The notes below the pieces were generated by a model. It was not told the DNA's origin, did no database searches, and worked only from the letters and a program-made list of their open reading frames with translations. A stretch of 63,997 nucleotides of DNA, counting the filler, from Salisapilia sapeloensis CBS 127946 (Eukaryota; Protista; Oomycota), in the NCBI GenBank assembly GCA_023334545.1. It is 12 parts of 12 records of this genome, joined end to end, with 100 filler letters (N's around TTAATTAATTAA, not from the genome) between each part and the next. Parts side by side here need not be neighbours in the genome. Positions count along the whole stretch, not along the records: positions 13,288 to 38,828 come from JAADVB010000248.1; positions 38,929 to 40,396 come from JAADVB010001134.1; positions 40,497 to 43,227 come from JAADVB010000859.1; positions 43,328 to 44,682 come from JAADVB010001179.1; positions 44,783 to 46,831 come from JAADVB010000975.1; 7 more parts are not named here. One strand, 5' to 3'. This document shows positions 34,411 to 44,951 of this stretch, piece after piece (the stretch's first letter is position 1; each line of letters begins with the position of its first letter). A program made the translations under genes and the position numbers.

Positions 34411-35367
34411 ATGGCACGTCGAGCGTTCATCCTTCTCGCTGCATTCACCGCGATTGCCCAGCCATCGTTTGGTCAGGATGCCAATCTCCGCAGCAGTTTC
34501 GTCACTGGAGACGAGCACGAAGATACGCCTGTCATGGATGGCGACTCTTCGCTCGCTCTATATAACGTCAGCAAGGGCATGTTAACAGGACTCGAAATCG
34601 CGAATGAAGCCACGCTCTTGCAAAAGAATGCTACTGGGAGGACTTTGGAGGGCATGGAAGTTCCGGAGCCAACTCCTGAAGAAAGCTCCTTTATGTCACC
34701 TCACCAAGTCGCTTGTGAAGATGACGTCGCACTCAAGATTACAAAGTTCTATCAGTTGAACAAGGTCCTGATAGACCAGTGTGTGAATGACAGCAACTAC
34801 CAGATTTTCCCGTACACTGGTGAAATGCCGAATGCAGAGTATACGAGTAACATCGAGTCGTCTCTGGCTTGTATGGCAGTCATTACGGGTGGCACATTGC
34901 TCGACATTCCCCAATGTACTTTAAGTCAAATGGACGTCAAGGCTGTGCTTGAGTCGTTCATGGAGGTATCGATAGAGATGGATTATGGTCGCGAAACGCC
35001 TGGCTCAAGTGACTTTCTCAAGCTCATTAATTGGCGTCGAGACGTGAATTTAGCTAGTGAGGCCAATCTACCAAACGGAAGTGACTCGGAGTTCTACGCG
35101 ATATACGAAGAGAACTTGGCAACGGCTCGGATGAAGTTTGAGAATGTCCAATTGAATGATGATTTGACCATCAGTTTCAAATCCGCGAATAAACAGAGCA
35201 AAGAAGAAGGAGAAAAAGAAGAAGAAGCAGAAGAGTCGACAGCTAGCGATAGTTCAGTCGCAATGGAGTCGTCCATGAGTGAAAACGGGTCGGATGAGGC
35301 ATTTATGCCACGAACACAGATCTGGCTCCTACTATCCGTGTTTTTCATGGCCATCAGTTTTGCGTAA
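34411..35367 (+). CDS. Elicitin-like protein 1, signal peptide plus C-terminal hydrophobic (GPI-like) tail
   Basis: Elicitin-type pattern C...QCVNDSNYQIFP....P.......AC......L.IPQC, a Ser/Glu-rich linker and a hydrophobic end. ATG at 34411. Confidence 0.75.
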   Translation: MARRAFILLAAFTAIAQPSFGQDANLRSSFVTGDEHEDTPVMDGDSSLALYNVSKGMLTGLEIANEATLLQKNATGRTLEGMEVPEPTPEESSFMSPHQVACEDDVALKITKFYQLNKVLIDQCVNDSNYQIFPYTGEMPNAEYTSNIESSLACMAVITGGTLLDIPQCTLSQMDVKAVLESFMEVSIEMDYGRETPGSSDFLKLINWRRDVNLASEANLPNGSDSEFYAIYEENLATARMKFENVQLNDDLTISFKSANKQSKEEGEKEEEAEESTASDSSVAMESSMSENGSDEAFMPRTQIWLLLSVFFMAISFA

Positions 35368-35622
35368 CGAGAGCATCCGACCCGACGATAGTGTCTAGAA
35401 GTGCATAGTACTTGAACGAAAGATGTTGCAAACGTTTAATTGGAACTGTCTGTATGCTCATTTCGTCCTTTACCATGTACAAGTGGCATTTCGATCGGAA
35501 AAGTGTATGCTTGTGTCTTAGTTGGTTGTTAATCTGATACTGTGGATAGGAACTGGTCGGATTAGTTTCGTGCAGTTGACATGGACAAGTTGTGCATCAC
35601 TCTACTACTTTCCAGATCCACC

Positions 35623-36525
35623 ATGCAGCTCTGCTTTGTGCTCGCGACTATAGCGAGTATGCTTTCCATTGCCTGTGGAAACGATACCACCTACGAACCT
35701 GTGCTTTCGGAACGAAGGACGACTGATAACATGGACATTCCGACGCCTGAAGTAAACTCAGATACGTTCCGACTTATGAATGAGTTCGTCTGTCCGGATG
35801 AAGTCGCGGATGGAATCACCAAATTCTACGAACAGAATCTAGTGATTATCCATCAGTGCGCAAATGACACGGGCTACCAGATCTTCCCATACAGTGGACA
35901 AGTGCCGACGCCGGACGAGACATCACGTATCGTCAATTCGCTATCCTGTTTGGCGATGCTGACAGGAGTGGAGTTGCTCGACTTACCGGAATGTACACTT
36001 GGTACCATGGCCGTGAAAGCAACCGTGGACACTTTGCTGGAAATCTCGATTGAAATGGACTTTGGTCGACCTCCTCCAGAACCGCTTGCGCTACACAACA
36101 CGATTCTATGGAGACACTTTTCGAACCTGGCAACTGCAGCAAGCGTGCCCAATGGAAGCGACTCGATGTTTTACGCTATATTCGAGCACAATCTCCAAAT
36201 AGCGAAGAAAAAGTATAGCAACGTGCGAATTGGTGAGGATCTGGCTATTGAATTCCGTTCTAGCAAGTCAGACGTGGTGAAGGAGACCAGCGTGTCGGAT
36301 GATACCAACATGACGAACGATCGACCCGAGCGAGGGGAAAACGCTGACGGCAATCCAAAAGTTGATGAAAATACCGACATCGATGAAGATTTCGACCTTG
36401 ATGATCGATCTGCTGCTAGGTCTGATCCAACTAGCAGTGCCGAGACTGAATCGGATAGCGCCATTTCTTTCACGACAAAAATGAGCTATACGGCTTTGCT
36501 GATTGCAGCTGCTATTGCTGCTTAA
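35623..36525 (+). CDS. Elicitin-like protein 2 (tandem paralog)
   Basis: C...QCANDTGYQIFPYSG..PT......SC......LPEC; shares the downstream W...NLA.....NGSDS.FYAI.E.NL motif with paralog 1. The start could be 35581. Confidence 0.75.
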   Translation: MQLCFVLATIASMLSIACGNDTTYEPVLSERRTTDNMDIPTPEVNSDTFRLMNEFVCPDEVADGITKFYEQNLVIIHQCANDTGYQIFPYSGQVPTPDETSRIVNSLSCLAMLTGVELLDLPECTLGTMAVKATVDTLLEISIEMDFGRPPPEPLALHNTILWRHFSNLATAASVPNGSDSMFYAIFEHNLQIAKKKYSNVRIGEDLAIEFRSSKSDVVKETSVSDDTNMTNDRPERGENADGNPKVDENTDIDEDFDLDDRSAARSDPTSSAETESDSAISFTTKMSYTALLIAAAIAA

Positions 36526-37863
36526 GAGATCACATAAAGATAAATGTGCATGTCGGTTTGCGTTATAGAACTTTTGATTTATTGTTTGAGAAGAAAAGGA
36601 GTAATCGGCAAAGTGTGTGTACTTGAGAACGCTTCCGTCGGAACATGGCAGTGCCGATATGACGTAAGTATACATCTAGTCACGAAAATAGCAGGTACAT
36701 CTAGTCGAAATACTATATTAAATTGAACGAGGTAGATGACAAAGCAAGTGCACAAAACCTTAATTGCACCAGATTACTGGTAATATGAATCTTTTTGAAT
36801 CTACTGAAAGCCGGCGCTAATTTAAGGCACTTTGCGTGATTCGCAATGAGCCGAATCTACCGCTGGCGTATTGTAAAGCAACTCTGAGGCTTAGACGAAG
36901 TGATATTATCGCCTGCAGGACGCGAAGCACCAGTGAGACTTACGCACGTCCTCCTGCATAGCGTAATGGCCATGGCTTACGATGCTGGCTAAAGATAAAT
37001 CTTGCTACCACACACAAAAGATTTAGTTGCTTCTTGGCGCAATGATAGCACTTCCTAGAACAGGTAAATTATATCTTTGGACTATGTAAAAACCATGATT
37101 TCTCGTAGGATAAAATACATCACGTTTAACTGCTACTAGCATAGCGCCTGGTTGATCAGCACAGTTTTCTTCAATGCTAAAAGTTTATTCTTTGTATTCG
37201 AAAGTCAAGGAGAGATACCGATTCGTATAGAAAGCGCGCACCAACTCTGACGATGGGCATCCTTATGTACCTTGCTCTATCATTTGCTTCCTCTGTCTGA
37301 AAGCAGAAGCAAGTATATTAGATTGACGGCCAAGGCCAACTCCATCCCTTTGTGTTTGACCAAGTTAAGAAAGATTCTTTGCGACTTTAATGGTGCTCTC
37401 TGTGTATTTATCCAAGTCGTAGTTAATAAGATATGAATATTGATCCTTGACACACCTTGTTGAGTTTTCATTCCTACTGCCATCACAATTCCAAAGCGAG
37501 CTAGAAAGTCAACAAACAAGTGATGGATGAAGGATAAATACTCTTGCGTAGAGTACAGCTATTGTTTATGCATCTTTCTTACTCTACCTTCTAGGCTTTG
37601 ATGAATGTGGACGACTTAAGCTGGTGCGTAATTCGGTATCAATCTGGATATCGGCTTGTCAAAAGTACCTGTTTGTTCTCCAGTTCTTTGCTTTGCAGCA
37701 CCGAGATTCCAACAAGAATAGATAGCTTTGTGTGGACACCGGAGTGCCCTTCAGAAGCAGGTATCTCAAGTAGAAATGTACAAAGTTGTACATCTAGTCA
37801 TGGTTATTGCTTTCAAGTATAATAAGTATAGTTATATATTATACATTCTACGAATAGACATAA

Positions 37864-37936
37864 GCACGATTGGCGCAATGGATAGCGTATCAGACTTCGA
37901 ATCTGGGGGTTGCGGGTTCGAGTCCCGCATCGTGTA
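37864..37936 (+). tRNA. tRNA-Arg, anticodon UCG
   Basis: Acceptor GCACGAT/ATCGTGT, D-arm GCGC-AATGGATA-GCGT, anticodon arm TCAGA-CT TCG AA-TCTGG, T-arm GCGGG-TTCGAGT-CCCGC; 73 nt, no intron. Confidence 0.96.
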
Positions 37937-38298
37937 CACTTCTTTTTTCTTCTGAATTATAGAGTTGATGCAGGTCGATGTAATCTCAGATACACTTTTT
38001 TGGTCGATGGGATAGCGAAGGAGAGTTTGAAATGTATGTGGAAGTAGTTGGAGCGTGAAGCAGTACTTTTCTATCGTTTTGGGCACGCCTTCATGGATCT
38101 CATAACCGATGCAATTACCCGATTAAACATTTCAAAAGCATGATAGTCAAACACTGCAATCCTAGTTCGTTTGCATTAAGACGCCCTTCAACCTAGACAC
38201 CTTGGGCTCTACCTAGCGGCTTGAAGTGAAAGATTTTGAATTTACTTGTCTAGCGGGAAAGAACCCGATTGACGGATTTCTATCCATACCTGTTTTTG

Positions 38299-38419
38299 AT
38301 TGGTGGCCAAATGTCAGCTTAAACCCATTCCCAAAACCAAAATGATCCAACTCTGACTGAATTCGATTGACAATCTACTCTTTAATTGGCGGAAGTTTCT
38401 CTATACCATATCTGATTGG
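38299..38419. promoter_or_regulatory. Three reverse CCAAT boxes (ATTGG) upstream of histone H2A
   Basis: ATTGG at 38299, 38385 and 38415, within 220 bp of the H2A ATG. CCAAT clusters are typical of histone promoters; function is not shown. Confidence 0.45.
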
Positions 38420-38514
38420 CTGGTATACACCCGGTAAACAAACTTGAAAAAAAATCACGAGCCAAAAGCGATCACAATTCGATTTGCAAGCAACAAGCAA
38501 GAACAAGTTTCATC

Positions 38515-38828
38515 ATGTCTGGCAAGGGAAAAGCAGCTACCGGTGGTCGTGGTAAGAAGGGAAAGAGCAGCACGCGTTCTGCCAAGGCTGGCCTCCAGTT
38601 CCCCGTTGGTCGTGTCGCCCGTTACTTGAAGAAGGGCCGTTACGCTCAGCGTATTGGTGGCGGTGCCCCGGTCTACATGGCCGCTGTCCTCGAGTACTTG
38701 TGCGCTGAAATCCTTGAGCTCGCCGGTAACGCCGCTCGTGACCACAAGAAGACGCGTATCATCCCGCGTCACATTCAGATGGCCGTCCGTAACGATGAAG
38801 AGCTCAACAAGCTCCTTGGCGACGTCAC
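38515..38828 (+). CDS. H2A: Histone H2A (3' truncated)
   Basis: [59 protein letters not shown]. Confidence 0.98.
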
Positions 38829-38928
38829 NNNNNNNNNNNNNNNNNNNNNNNNNNNNNNNNNNNNNNNNNNNNTTAATTAATTAANNNNNNNNNNNNNNNN
38901 NNNNNNNNNNNNNNNNNNNNNNNNNNNN

Positions 38929-40396
38929 AGCCAACCCGGAGGAACATTCGTCCATTCCCTTTCGCTCAATCTTGTCATCTGAGAAACGGTCCAACGAGTA
39001 CGGGAAGACGGTCTCACCTCCGACCTTCGTCTCATTGTTCAAATACAAGAACAAAGTCACATATCGTTGAGGATGGAAGTGTTTGACGTACTTCGGAAGC
39101 TTGTATCGCAGCTCATTCATACCGACACGACTTTCCCATACTCGTATAGCTAGCTCTGCCACATGTGGAAACGCTTTCATAACTTGCAAAAGTACGTGCA
39201 TTCTTCCTCGATTTTCGATGACCCAGTCGTACCATTGCTCGTTCATAGTTCGAACAAGGAACTCCTTGGAGAAATCTTCCATCATCAGCTCCAATAGATC
39301 ATTTTGAAATCGAACAGTATACTTTGGATACAATTTTCCGCTCGGTTGTGCAACGGCCGGTACACGATCCTTAAGAAATTGAATCCTCTCTTTTGACCAT
39401 TGAATCCATTGATAATAATATGAGACTCCATGTGGGCGCTTCTTAGGCCAAGTGTACACTAGCTCTGGAAGATTCAATTCCGCTTCCCATGCCTTTACAA
39501 TTTCAGGGAGATAATGCGGCTTATGATCGCTTCGAAGTAGTTTTCTTAATACCCCCGCTGCTCCATTGTTCACATTCGTTTGAATCCAATTTCCCCACTT
39601 TTGATCTCCAAACATCGCAAAGTAGTTTATCTTCGTTGCATGAGAATGAAAGACATCCAACAAAGCATTTGGAAATGATACGGTCGAATTGGTATCCGGA
39701 TGGAGGTCACCGGCTTCTTGAAAGCGTTCTGAAATGAGATTTTGGTCAAGCGTACGCAGCTTGCTGGAAGCCCATTCAGCCCAGTTTTCATAATCCTCAT
39801 ACGTTGGCTTATTAAAGTCTTCTGGTAGAATATCGCGTGAATGAAAGGTATCCAAGTGCTTCCGATAGAATTCGCCCTTATCGTACTTCACCAGCTGCAA
39901 GTTTCCCATGTATCCCGGACTAGGAAGTCTAGCAAGGGACGTAGCGCGCTTCTTCATTTCTCGATTAAAGTCACTATCGTTTAAAAACGCCGTATGACTC
40001 GTGCGTGCCTTTGACAAAATGCTTCCTTTTTTGCTTGCGATCAAAGATTGTGTCAATTTTGGAAGTCCATCAGCCATAATCTTATCAACGTCTTGCTCGT
40101 TAAAAAAATACTCTACATCAAAGACCTTTGGACGCATGCCCACTGTCGTCATGACCACGCCGTCCTCTAAATGGTACTTGTATCCCTTCTCGATGCCAGG
40201 CCACTGCCACAACTGGAAGTCTAATAGGATATGCACCAAACGCTTTGACGATACCAGATCTTCTGCACTTCGAATAGGATGACCCATCTGAGAGTACAGC
40301 CGAACGCCGTTCGCCATCACGTCCTGGTCCGCACCGAGCCACTTGGCAGCTAGTTTGCTAGATAGTCCGATGCAGTCAAAGTCTCCATTCCAAGAC
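38929..40396 (-). CDS. Prolyl-4-hydroxylase-like 2OG-Fe(II) oxygenase with a large insert (both ends truncated)
   Basis: One frame is open across the whole contig. Motifs RTSHTAFL, LQLVKY..GEFYRKHLD (HxD), then after about 260 aa RYVTLFLYLN...GGETVFP. Confidence 0.85.
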
Positions 40397-40496
40397 NNNN
40401 NNNNNNNNNNNNNNNNNNNNNNNNNNNNNNNNNNNNNNNNTTAATTAATTAANNNNNNNNNNNNNNNNNNNNNNNNNNNNNNNNNNNNNNNNNNNN

Positions 40497-40932
40497 GCGA
40501 TGTCGCTCCATTCTTATTAGCCGCATCCACATCCGCACCTGACTCCAGTAGGAAACGAACCACATCCAAGTGACCATTCTGAGATGCGATACAGAGTGAT
40601 GTCCATCCATACTTATAAGAAGTATCCACATCCGCACCTGACTCCACTAAGAATCGCACCACATCCAAGTGACCATTCTCAGATGCGATAAAGAGTGATG
40701 TCGCTCCATCATTCTTAGCCGCATTCGCATTTGCACCTGACTCCAGTAGGAAACGAACCACATCCAAGTGACCGTTCTGAGCTGCTACAATGAGGGGAGT
40801 CCATCCATCCGTACCAGAAGCATGCACATCCGCACCAGACTCCACTAAGAATCGCACCGTGTCGAGGTGACCATTTCGGGAAGCAGACAAGAGTGATACA
40901 GAGTCATCGCTTGCAGAAGCACTTGAATCCAT
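40497..40932 (-). CDS. Ankyrin-repeat array, N-terminal fragment (3' truncated)
   Basis: Four or more 33-aa repeats of G.T.L..A.QNGHLDVVRFL.ESGA.V, with 99-bp periodicity. Confidence 0.9.
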
Positions 40933-41762
40933 AACCTGTAGGATGTTTCTTTCCTTCGTTCAGGTAGGTGAGTTTTCGAAATTGGAAAGCTTGACACTGG
41001 CTTTAAAGCAGACTTCTTCCTCTAGAACGGATCTTTTCCACAGCAAAGTCGAAATTGAACACATCTCGGGTTCATCGCACTTGATTGAGCATGCTTCTAC
41101 TGTATAGCAGAAAGTTTTAGTATGACAAGCGGTCGATTGCTGAGAAGTGATTGGTTTGCATAGTCTCCTCAATAGCCTTGTCTTTGCCCACTTGCGTGAG
41201 GTTGCTTGTCAAGTCGCCTTGTTCGTTCTTGTTCAACTATGCTAGCTCGATTGAGCATTCCCATTATAGTTTCGACATCTCCATTATGATGAGAGCATCT
41301 TGGAAATATGTCTGCGGGTCCTTATCGTCGTGCATCCATGTTGCCGGCGTACCGAATGCTCCTCGGATACTGCACCCGTGGATCGTCTATAACACACATC
41401 AGGTTGCAGTACCATTTGTCGAGTGGACATCCTGTTCATCCCACATTCGTTCCAGTAAAAGAGATGAACAGCTTCGTCTTTTAGCCCGGGTTACCGCCCA
41501 TGTCATTACTGTACCCTTTAAACGCGCCCATACCAAATGTCACTAGATGGAAGAGAGACCAGGCAGCTACCGTTGTTTGCCTCCGGTTCTGCTCAATTGC
41601 ATCTTGCAGTATTTCCTTGCACATCTTGAGATAGATCAAATATACAACTAGTAAACCTTCGGTTCGAGAAAGATGTGGCGTGTATCCATGTGATAAGTGC
41701 ACCCAGATGAGGATCAGCAAAACGAAGCGCATCGATAAATTTGCCAGACAGAGGAAAAGAAA

Positions 41763-42330
41763 ATGTCGACCGATATTGGCGTCCTGATCACTCGCGTAGT
41801 GCTTAGCATTGTTGAGGATTCGATCCCTGGATTAAGGGGAGTGACGAACTTACTCGAGGGGATTTACTATTGCTGCTGGGAAATGGAAGAAAGCAATGGG
41901 CTATTATATGGAGGTGAACGGCCATTTGAAGCATCTTACGAAAACGCTGCTTGAGCTGACGGAGCAAGGGGCTGTGTCTGAAAAAATCGTGTATCGCTTC
42001 TTTAACATCGTATACAACTACCATGATTCCCTGGTCGAGTACAAAGGCAAGATTAGGATTATGTGATACATACTTCGCGGAAAGGTGAACAGCACGGCTG
42101 CAATGTATATTGAGCAAGTAAAGTTGCTGTTCCAGGATCTGAATCTCGATGATATGAGGATGATCGACAATTTCCAGAATGAATAGAGAGCTTCAAGGGA
42201 GAAGGACCGAGCGCAATGGAATGAGCAGGAGAACAATATACGGCAATTGCTTGATGATACCGACAAAATAAGATCTACTTTGCTGTTTCGATCCATACGC
42301 CATGAGAATTGGATATCTTCACAGTGTCAA
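41763..42330 (+). pseudogene. Disrupted gene for an N-terminal helical-bundle (MLKL/HeLo-like) domain of the kind that precedes oomycete TKL kinases
   Basis: IPGLRGVTNLLEGIYYCCWEMEE continues in the +1 frame (shift near 41890) as an amphipathic helical reading, with in-frame TGA at 42064 and TAG at 42184. Family call is by pattern only. Confidence 0.5.
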
Positions 42331-42860
42331 TGTGCGCCGCTGGTACGTGTAATGTACCTAATGTCTCTGCCGAAATGGACAATGGGCATACTGGCGTCAT
42401 TGGTAGTGTCATCAGATTTCTCTGCACAACGAATGGAATCACATCCGACGGTTGCTCCTATTAGCCCACATTCTTCACACATCGCAACTTGCACTTGTGT
42501 TTTGCTTTTTGGTATCTGAGCAACAACTTTTGTCTTCATATACATGGACTGACAACAATAGGCACTACACATGAGCCCATTGATCCAACTCTGTCGACAG
42601 TAATCGCCCGCACAACGTGTTATCTTCAATGAGGAAGCAGAAGGTGCAGGAACGCTGATCAGTGTCCAGCGAAAGAGGCTTGGCACGGCCCAGCTGCAAG
42701 TCAAAAGGAAATATTTCGTCTTCTTTTTTATACCGATACCAGTAATCTTGGTAGTTTCGTTGCTTTCATCCTCCTGTTCCTTTTTCTGGTGTCCTCTTTT
42801 CTGTCGCACACGTTGTTCGTACTGCTCACAAATAGCCTGTGCCTCCTCGTGTAAGCTCAT
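42327..42860 (-). CDS. Possible extended-PHD (zf-HC5HC2H-like) zinc-finger fragment, perhaps degenerate
   Basis: CEECGLIGATVGCDSIRC matches the CxxC..GAT.GC....C pattern, but the later ligands are not clearly present. Confidence 0.35.
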   Translation of the reverse strand: MSLHEEAQAICEQYEQRVRQKRGHQKKEQEDESNETTKITGIGIKKKTKYFLLTCSWAVPSLFRWTLISVPAPSASSLKITRCAGDYCRQSWINGLMCSAYCCQSMYMKTKVVAQIPKSKTQVQVAMCEECGLIGATVGCDSIRCAEKSDDTTNDASMPIVHFGRDIRYITRTSGAH

Positions 42861-43327
42861 TGCGTCTTCGGAAGAAAGTAACGTGAGGAGCTCTTTCGAT
42901 TACGTCTTATGGTTCTACTGCGCTACTGGAGAACGGCCGGGAACAACTTGCTTCGCCCACATTCCAATAATTCCTGACATACCAACAAGCAGACGAAGTT
43001 TGCGGATTTCATCACCGTCGTCTCAACGCTCCTATTCTCTCAACCACTCATACCAGCACTAAAGTAGAATTGACTCTCCTTACGACGCTGACGCCGAAGT
43101 GAAGCTCTCGGTCCCTTGCAGTATCGCTTGAAACGGAGGTATCTTGTGGCTTTGGTGATCAACTCATCTGATACTTTTAAGCTTGCCAACTTTCGATGCT
43201 ACTGCGAGCGTAGTCCAGAAGAATCAANNNNNNNNNNNNNNNNNNNNNNNNNNNNNNNNNNNNNNNNNNNNTTAATTAATTAANNNNNNNNNNNNNNNNN
43301 NNNNNNNNNNNNNNNNNNNNNNNNNNN

Positions 43328-43468
43328 AGAGATACCGGTAATTCAAGTGAAAGCAGCGTACAGCTTCACCTAGCGGTCTAGAAGCTCCAGTAGCTGGACT
43401 CGGACCACCATGCAGATTGCACACGTTGAAGCTGTCGGAAGGCGCGTGGTGGGTACACTTTTGCTTGG
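43328..43468 (+). repeat. Left arm of a 141-bp contig-terminal inverted repeat (pairs with 44542-44682)
   Basis: Exact reverse complement of 44542-44682; the copies diverge abruptly after ...TTTTGCTTGG. Confidence 0.95.
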
Positions 43469-44541
43469 CTCGTTTCTCCGCCTGCTGTATGGATTTTACG
43501 CATCGTCACGTGTACGGCAAATTTTGCTTACTCGTGAAGGATTGGAGGCGCTGTGAAGAGATGTTGTCGAAAGGAGACTGAGATCACTAAAAGTAGTCGA
43601 GTTTGGACTAGTACGATCTAACACTCTAGCGTTGATGACTGATCTTGATGTCGTTTTAAAGCTATGAAATTCGTTTCACTCGCTAGGGCACATTTTCGCA
43701 ACGATTTATATACCGCCAGGGGTATACTGCCACTTCTACAGATTCCTTGTTTGGTACAATGTAAAGGTATTGCGATGTCACTTCGCTCCTTTTTGGCGTT
43801 GTCGTCGTATATAGCTTCTCTTCCTTTAATGAAACCTCGCCTTTTATATACGAATATCTCAGTGTCATCAGAGCTGTAATAAGCAAGACTTGGAGCCACT
43901 CCGGGGAGGACACAGATCGAAAAGTGTTTAATTCGGAGAAAATATCATTACGACACGGCAATGAGTTGCCTAACAAACAATAGAGATTGCAGTGGTGATT
44001 TCTTTGATTCATGAAGCTCAAAGTTACCACAACAACTATGTATCGAGCCGGTAGTCACTTTCATCTTATGAGTTTAATACAGTACATTGCTTCTGCGGAG
44101 ATAAAAGAACAAAGCTAGCTAGAGCGGTAAGTCGCTTCTGAAGCTAGGTAACACCGTTTTAGGCTTATACTTCAGGCGTTACATGATAAGCTTGCACAAT
44201 TCATTAAGCTTGAAAATGACATGTCTAGATTTGATTCATTCTTGATACTTTTCTCGCTTATCTTACTTCTAGCGCTCTCTGGTATGATGTTCTGATCCGA
44301 GATAGCATTGAACAATCCTCCTATGTATTTGAACGTAACGTAGCTGGAACTCACCGGCAAGCTGAACAGCGACACTGATCAATCTTTACCGCAATTTTGC
44401 CCTACCAGACACGTTTCCAAGAGCACTTTGTCAAAATCAATTGCTATCATATCACCGCTAACTTCAGAGAACACCCATCACATCATTCTACATGACGCGA
44501 TCGAAACTCCAGGAATCTCAATTCGCAATTGCGGGCCAGCA

Positions 44542-44682
44542 CCAAGCAAAAGTGTACCCACCACGCGCCTTCCGACAGCTTCAACGTGTGCAATCTGCAT
44601 GGTGGTCCGAGTCCAGCTACTGGAGCTTCTAGACCGCTAGGTGAAGCTGTACGCTGCTTTCACTTGAATTACCGGTATCTCT
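44542..44682 (-). repeat. Right arm of a 141-bp contig-terminal inverted repeat
   Basis: Exact reverse complement of 43328-43468. Confidence 0.95.
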
Positions 44683-44951
44683 NNNNNNNNNNNNNNNNNN
44701 NNNNNNNNNNNNNNNNNNNNNNNNNNTTAATTAATTAANNNNNNNNNNNNNNNNNNNNNNNNNNNNNNNNNNNNNNNNNNNNATACGTAGTACTTGTAGT
44801 CAGAAAGGATGTGTAAGTAGGGAGGATCTAAAGGACCAAATAAAATCACTTCTAGTTTTATTGAGCTTCCCCTATCGCACGTGTAAGCCAAACCCACGGG
44901 TAATACGAGTCCCGTAACACCTGGTAGCACTTTGCAGTTCTTTCACCGACC

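Noticed and set aside
42064-42186. Alternative genetic code suggested by in-frame TGA and TAG
   Set aside because: Intact genes in the window end in TAA, TAG and TGA, and the same region also has a frameshift, so pseudogenisation is simpler.
44529-44682. C..HH...C.LHGG stretch resembling oomycete Cys/His-HGG zinc-finger repeats
   Set aside because: It is a single imperfect unit with wrong spacing, lying in a repeat arm; too weak to call.
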